Below are positions 57,530-64,000 of a DNA stretch of 64,000 nt, in pieces (the stretch's first letter is position 1; each line of letters opens with the position of its first letter). The DNA is from the human T2T-CHM13v2.0 reference genome, Homo sapiens, in assembly GCF_009914755.1 (NCBI RefSeq), contig NC_060932.1. One strand, 5' to 3'. The position numbers and the translations under genes are program-made. The notes beneath the pieces are model-generated. The model was given only the letters and a program-made list of their open reading frames with translations. It was not told where the DNA came from and did not search any database.

Positions 57530-57605
57530 CCAAAATTTGCATTTCTGTTTCCCAACATGCTGATGCTGCTGGTCCAGGGATCACATTTTGAGAACAACTG
57601 CCCTA
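57530..57605. mobile_element. MER5A fragment
   Basis: aatttgcatttct...gctgatgctgctggtccagggatcacattttgagaacaactg. Confidence 0.7.
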
Positions 57606-59448
57606 AGCTGAGTTTTACATGAGTGATATAAGTTTCTCGTTAGCCTTTTCTGTCACATAACTGTACTGCAACTCTTTTGTATTGTCAGTTGATGAAGAAT
57701 GTGTGCAAAAATATGGATTACAAGGTATGCTACCCAGGAAGTATTCAGTGAATTGAAGCTTTATTATTGCTAGTAGGGTCTGGCATTCGTATTTTTGTAT
57801 GCATTCATTTTGCAGAGATTCATTAAATCTCCTGTCTCTGCTAGAAAATGTAGATAGAATAGTGAGCAAAATATTGTCCTCATGGAGCCTGTTATATATT
57901 GAATAAAAAGCACAGTAAGTGGGCAATTATAAAGTTCAAAGACCTGGTTTCCATGTCAGTTTTGCTTCATGATCTATGTTCTTGGACAGGCTCTTACTTT
58001 CCACATCTGTGATGTGGTGATGAGAATAATACTTGCATAGTTGCCAAGAGTTAAATGGGGCATCATATATATAAGTGCTATGTATGCTATTAAGTGCTAC
58101 TCAAATGTGAGGTACAAAAAAATAAGAATCATCCCAGTGCATGTAGGAGAGATCATGGTAGATGGAATGAAATAGATGATTGGAAGGCATTGCGATGATT
58201 ACTTATGGGCACATTTTAAGCACCTACAACACCTAAGTATACTTGTTATCCACATGGTACATTAGCCTCCCTTGTTAAGAGGCAGGGATTTAATTTGTAA
58301 TTATCATATTGTAAAGGGCATGGGTGACTATCTTTTCAAATTGTTGCTTAGGAACTCAGAATTTATTAGACACTTGGACACTTCTTCAGCCAAGAGGTTA
58401 CAAATTAAAAACCTGAAGGTGCGAGCAAATAAAAGAAGGTGATTTTTTGATATATATGAGATGATTTGACGATTTCTTTTCTATTTACTTTTGAAAGCCT
58501 TAGTGAACTTATCTGGGGAGAAATATATTTGCTTTTCACAGAAAGCAAAATCTAGTTCAAGGACGGTTTCTTTAGATGAAAATTATGTTTAGGCTTACAT
58601 AATCCTAACGATGACCACTTTTCTTTTGACCTCTTTTCTAAGGTGTTATGTATTAAGCATGTGAGTAAGCATTTTGGTGAGCTGCAGTTACTCTTGAAGG
58701 GGTCACCACCACCATCACTATTGGAAGAAAGGTGACTCTTCCATTACCCTGGATTTGTGAATCGTATTTCAAATTTGAATGTGTTTTGCTTTTCCCCTCA
58801 CTGTTGTATCTTTTGGTGTGGGATGTTTTGCCATGGAAAGAAGGAGAAAGAAGCAGGATGCAGTGGGCATACACTTAATTGGGGCTGAAGGACGTGAGGG
58901 CCCCTGTCCAGCCCACCATTCTGTGCCCTGGACAGCCCCTTAATGTGTTAGTGCCTTGGGTTGCATGTCTGAGTTGAATTCCATGAACTGAGTTTCGTTT
59001 CCTGAGAAAAGAAAAGTTTGAGAGAGAATCAAATTAACTGTTTAAATTCACGAAATCTTTTGAACAAAAGGGTAGTGGCCACTTGCTTTCTAAATATATC
59101 ATAAAGGGGTCAAGAGGAAGTAGCTAGCAATAAGATAATGTATGTAATGACAAATGCCTTGGAAGTGGAAGTTAGTACATATCAGGACAGACTATGTATG
59201 GTTTATGTATCACATACAATTCATTAAAACTAGAACAGACTCTTTCTTTCCATCTCTGTTACTTCTATCCTTTTTTCTTTGGCTATGGGAATTTTATCAA
59301 GTTTGGATGGTGCAGGCTGTGTACATTCCCCAGGCATGGGTTTTGGAACACAGGGGATCTGACTGTGGAATCAAGTTCCATCTCTTAGAAGCTCAGATTT
59401 TTATCTATAAAATGGAGATGAAGGTTACCTTTGAGGGTAGTCACAGTC

Positions 59449-59822
59449 TGTATCAGTCAGGGTTCTCCAGAGAAACAGAGCCAATAGAGAGTTATTTTAA
59501 GGAATTGGCTCATGTGATTTTGGAGGCTGGCAAGTCTGAAATCTGCAGGGCAGGTCGGCAACTGCTCAGGCAGGAGTTGGTGTTGCTGCCTGGAGACAGA
59601 CTTTCTTCTTCTTCAGGAAAGCTCAGTTTTTGCTTTTAAGGCCTTCAACTAGTAGGATGATGCCCACCTGCAGTATTAAGGGAAATATACTTTTCTTAAA
59701 GTCAACTGATTGTAGTTGTTAACCATAGCTACAAAATGTCTTTAGCAACACATAGATTAGTGTTTGATTAAATAACTGGGTACTATGGTTTAGCCAAATT
59801 GACACATAAAACTAACCATCAG
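59449..59822 (-). mobile_element. MLT2-family solo LTR
   Basis: tgtatcagtcagggttctccagagaaacagagcc...gccaaattgacacataaaactaaccatcaga; 5-bp TSD cagtc/tagtc. Confidence 0.85.
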
Positions 59823-60029
59823 ATAGTCATCATATTAATCATAGCTGGTATTTACTTACTCCATGAGTAGTAAGTAGATGCTCACATGGATTCTTTCATT
59901 TAACATTAATAAAACCATAGGAGGTGATATTATAATCCTAAAAAGGATGATACTTGCCAATGTCCCACAGTAACTTACACAAGCCCAAGAGCCAAGCCAT
60001 GTGTAGGACAACCAGAGTTCTGTCACAAA

Positions 60030-60690
60030 AGTTTACAAATTCAAATTGGAAGGAGATTGTCCTTTTTTTACTAGCTCAGATCCCAAGGCTATACTGACAT
60101 GCTGGTGGCCATGTCTCCCACCCCATGAAGGAGGCTGGTTTAAGAGCATGAAGCCAACATGCTCAGAGAAGCTGTAATGAAAGTTGGATAGATGTAACCA
60201 TGAATGGTCCAAGATATCTTTCCTCTTCTGCGATTTGTTCTTGTTAACTAATTATTTATCTTCTTTCCTTAAGCAATTTTGTGTTGAGGTTCTGTCACTG
60301 CTATCAGAGTCCAGCAAGATACTGTCACATTGCTGTCAAGTGACAGACAGCAAACAACCCATAAAATCTCAGTAGCTTAAACCACAAGGTTTATTTCTCA
60401 CTCACACTCCATGTCCATCTGAGTCAGTGGTAAGTTCTGGTCTTATCAGAACATATCTAAAATGTGGCCAGCCACCACAGCAGAGGGACCGGAATATGAC
60501 AGATCGTGCTCTGGCTCTTAAAGACTCCTGCCGAGAGTGACATAAATCACTTTTGCACACATTTCATCAGCCAAAGAAATCACATGGTCACTCAGACATT
60601 TAAGGAACTGGGAAAATGCAATTCCACCACATGCCCAGAAAGAGGACCATTAGGAAAACCAATGAACATCGCTAATGAATGCTGAATTGT
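60030..60690. mobile_element. Old MLT1-type LTR fragments
   Basis: gcttaaaccacaaggtttatttctcactcac...ccaaagaaatcacatggtcac; gttgaggttctgtcac. Confidence 0.55.
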
Positions 60691-62379
60691 TCATACAACT
60701 TTTCACTCCTGGGAAATACTTTTGATGCCTTTGTTGGTAAAGGGTAGCTGACTTTATGAGAATATAAATTCTGATTTTGAAATTACTTTTCATTTTTTGC
60801 CATGAATTTTATTCTTATCTACAAAATATTTTGTTTCCCTGAGGTCAAAAATGTTTTCTCTTATATATTCTTTTTATAATTTTTTTTCATTTAGGCCTTT
60901 AATAAATCTGGAGTTTACTTTCCAATGGGTTTGAATTAAGAACCTAATTTTATTTTATTTCTGTCTATAGAGAAAATCATCCAAATGCCCTTAATAAAAT
61001 AGTCTACTCTTCTCCTTTGATATATAAAGCTGTTGCTAATATATATCAAGTTCCTGTATTTACTGGGAGCATAGAGGATTTCTATTTTCTTAGCAATGTC
61101 CTATTTATTTTATAATTTAAAAACTCTGGAAGCAAAATAATATGTTACCCTTGAGTTGCACATACAAGAATGTTTACTGGATTATTCTTAGTAACTTTTT
61201 TATATTTTCTCAGAATATAAAAAAAATGTTCTGCCTAGACTATTATTTTTTTCTTAAAGTTTTTGTAGATACTACAGATAAAATTCTATTATAAAATAAT
61301 TTTGCTTTCCAAATAATTTTTATACCCACATATGCTTTAACAAATATTAATAAAAGAATATTCAGATTAAATATATAAAAAATGGATAGCCTCCAAGAAT
61401 CCACTTGAAACGAGAGTGACCCCAGTTCATTCTCAATCTATTCTTGGTTTGAAGAATATGCTTATGGTAGGGACTAGAGTCCTATTTTCTTCTTTCATAG
61501 GTTATTATGATTTTGAAAAGTGATAATATCATGTTCTTGGCTTCAGGTAATAAAGGCTATGTTTTGGAAAAAGCCTAAGGATTGAATGTTGACCTTGGAA
61601 ATGTTTCCTAATGGAATGTATTAGAAAAACACATTCTCTTTTGAATTTTGTTTAATCCATTAGCCAACATTTTATTTCATTTGTAAAACAGTGCTGTACT
61701 TCTCACTCATACTTTAAATGAGTTATTTGGGGCTGATGAAGGAAGGAAATGCTGAAGACTGAAATGGATGTATAGCTTGTATTTGGTGAATTTCATAAAA
61801 CTGAATAGGCTTTTTGTGAATAACGTGAATTCAGGTGTAAGCAGGATTGGTCAAGTCTAGATGGTCTGAAACCAGGGGAGAGTTTTAATCTGTGAGACTA
61901 TCTTAAAGTCTTAATCTTTTTCTAATATTTTCCACACATTACAAAAAATGTTGGCTATGTTCATATGATTTGATTAAATATAAAAATGTAGAGAATCGAC
62001 ACACTCTTCTTGGCAGAGTTGTTCACTGCTGCAGGAAATGGATGGAGGACATTGTGAAGCAAAAAAAATAGAGGACATTCCATAATTTTGGTAGAACAAA
62101 GCACAGGAATGTGAACAGATCAGTGAATAATGAGGAATTTGACAGTCAACCTTCCTAGCAGTGTAGTGCAACAGCACTAGGCTGCAGTGACAGATGGGGA
62201 AACTCTGTCACCAGGTCAGGCTTTAGCATTGCTTTTTCTGCACTGGGCTTCCTAAGAATGGCATGGGGAAAGAAAATGACACCATGGCAAAAAAATAGAG
62301 AAAGAGGAGGCTTTAGAAGAAGATTTACTAAAGGAAACATAGAACTTGAGAAAAGAGAACTGACAAGCGATGAAATTAG

Positions 62380-62785
62380 AGAATTCAGCAAGCATCAGTT
62401 CATGCAGGTCCATATAATCATCTTTAGGAGTTTGGACTTGATTCTGAAGGTGATAGCGAATCATTGAAGGGCTTTGAACAGGGGAGTGAAATAAGTTGTG
62501 AGAGCTTCACAAATACACTCTTGCTTCAGTTTGAAAAATGGATTGGAGAGAAACAAGGTTGACGATAGTTAACACCTGTTAGCAGGGCCTTACAGTAATC
62601 TAGGGGAGAGATGATGGTGGCTGAGACCAGGGAGTGAAAACTGAAGAGAGGACTGGCTACATTCAAAACTAAATAATGAAATGTTACCAGTAAGACTTAG
62701 CAATCAAATACCTTTGGGGGCTTCGAGTGGAGGAGAATTCAAGAATAATGCCACAGGCAGCAAAATTGAGTGGGTAGGCATGCCA
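62380..62785 (+). mobile_element. L2 fragment
   Basis: aggagtttggacttgattc...gagatgatggtggctgagaccagg. Confidence 0.65.
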
Positions 62786-63243
62786 TTTTTTTTTTATTAT
62801 TATACTTTAAGTTTTAGGGTACATGTGCACAATGTGCAGGTTAGTTACATATGTATACATGTGCCATGCTGGTGCGCTGCACCCACTAACTCGTCATCTA
62901 ACATTAGGTATATCTCCCAATGCTATCCCTCCCCCCTCCCCCCACCCCACAACAGTCCCCAGAGTGTGATGTTCCCCTTCCTGTGTCCATATGTTCTCAT
63001 TGTTCAATTCCCACCTGTGAGTGAGAATATGCGGTGTTTGTTTTTTTGTTCTTGCGATAGTTTACTGAGAATGATGATTTCCAATTTCATCCATGTCCCT
63101 ACAAAGGACATGAACTCATCATTTTTTATGGCTGCACAGTATTCCATGGTGTATATGTGCCACATTTTCTTAATCCAGTCTATCATTGTTGGACATTTGG
63201 GTTGGTTCCAAGTCTTTGCTATTGTGAATAGTGCTGCAATAAA
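62786..63243 (-). mobile_element. 5'-truncated L1PA2/3 3' end (~460 bp), no TSD found
   Basis: T tail then ttatactttaagttttagggtacatgtgcac...actaactcgtcatct (GAG diagnostic); encodes the ORF2 C-terminus (63004-63261). Confidence 0.93.
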
Positions 63244-63458
63244 AAGGGAGGAAACATACATCCTTTGGCAATTGTTGACTTGTTTTTGAGTGCCAAATAT
63301 TTTACAAAGTAATTTGTTTCTAAACTTATACTATTTTCTATGATTTTAATGATGAATTTCATCTTGATTTGGAGTCATATGGTTTATAATAAGCACATAA
63401 TTTCTTAAGTGAAGGAAGCTAGTTCCGTAATTTAGTACTAAAAATAGTGACATTTCTG

Positions 63459-63477
63459 CTGTTGCCATCTAGTGGCC
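63459..63477 (-). promoter_or_regulatory. CTCF-binding motif
   Basis: Minus strand reads TGGCCACTAGATGGCAACA, a close match to the CTCF core CCACYAGRKGGCR. Confidence 0.65.
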
Positions 63478-64000
63478 ACCATTAGTGATGGTGCGTTTCA
63501 TTTAATTTTGTGCTCAAGATTTCACTCCAAAAGACTATACTGTAGAAAATACTAAGGAATAAAACCACTTCCTTTAAAAATGTGGTAATTCTAGAGATAG
63601 TTCTAACTTAATGAATCATACCTTGTAGAGTGCTAGTGATGAGAGGATACTGTTCAATGTTTGCAGTTTAAATTCTACAGTTTTCCTAGAGTATGACTTT
63701 AAGCAGTTTATTTTGGCAGCTTTGGAAGGAATTTAGCAAGAAATTTATCAGTAATATGAATGTCTCCATACCAAGTCAAGTAACAGAACATTCCTAAATG
63801 TCAAATATGTGGAAAAAGTACAAAAAGTATTTTTTTTAAACAACTATCAGTATGGAAATCCCTAGTGAGCAACTTTGACATGCCTAGGGATTAATATTGT
63901 CACATTCTGGGAGACATAAATGAAGAATAGAACAAGGGTTTTTTTTTTCCTGGACATATAACTATTGGGGAAAGGTCACAAAATATATTATGTTTGTTTC

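Noticed and set aside
59154-59639. 161-aa ATG ORF
   Set aside because: Runs through MIR-like and MLT2 LTR sequence; no domain or splice support.
62681-63289. 202-aa ORF
   Set aside because: Composite of L2 sequence and antisense L1 3' UTR/ORF2.

Overview
Human genomic DNA (it carries a human-specific AluYb8). The first 39 bases are the 3' end of the first coding exon of C8orf34/VEST1 (AYLEKNKIGPLFE|gtaagg), inside a CpG-rich promoter region that also has a consensus antisense splice donor. The remaining ~64 kb is the repeat-dense first intron; I found no further C8orf34 exon. The most notable element is a sense-oriented young L1 (L1PA2-like, 31106-36634, 14-bp TSDs) whose 5' UTR has been precisely spliced (CATCTGAG|CTTTGAAG, the known SpIRE 97/622 junction). 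It has an intact ORF1, an ORF2 inactivated by a single CAA>TAA, and 19 extra nucleotides at its 5' end. It also retains an ORF1 splice acceptor that is in frame with the host exon 1 donor. Other items: a pristine AluYb8, a TSD-less inverted L1PA2 3' fragment, a decayed ERVL provirus, a strong CTCF motif, a G4-prone 11-bp repeat and a TALE/FOX/homeobox motif cluster. I see no evidence of a wholly new biological system; the best candidates for novelty are the locus-specific L1/host splicing configurations. Repeat subfamily names and boundaries are by eye and approximate.
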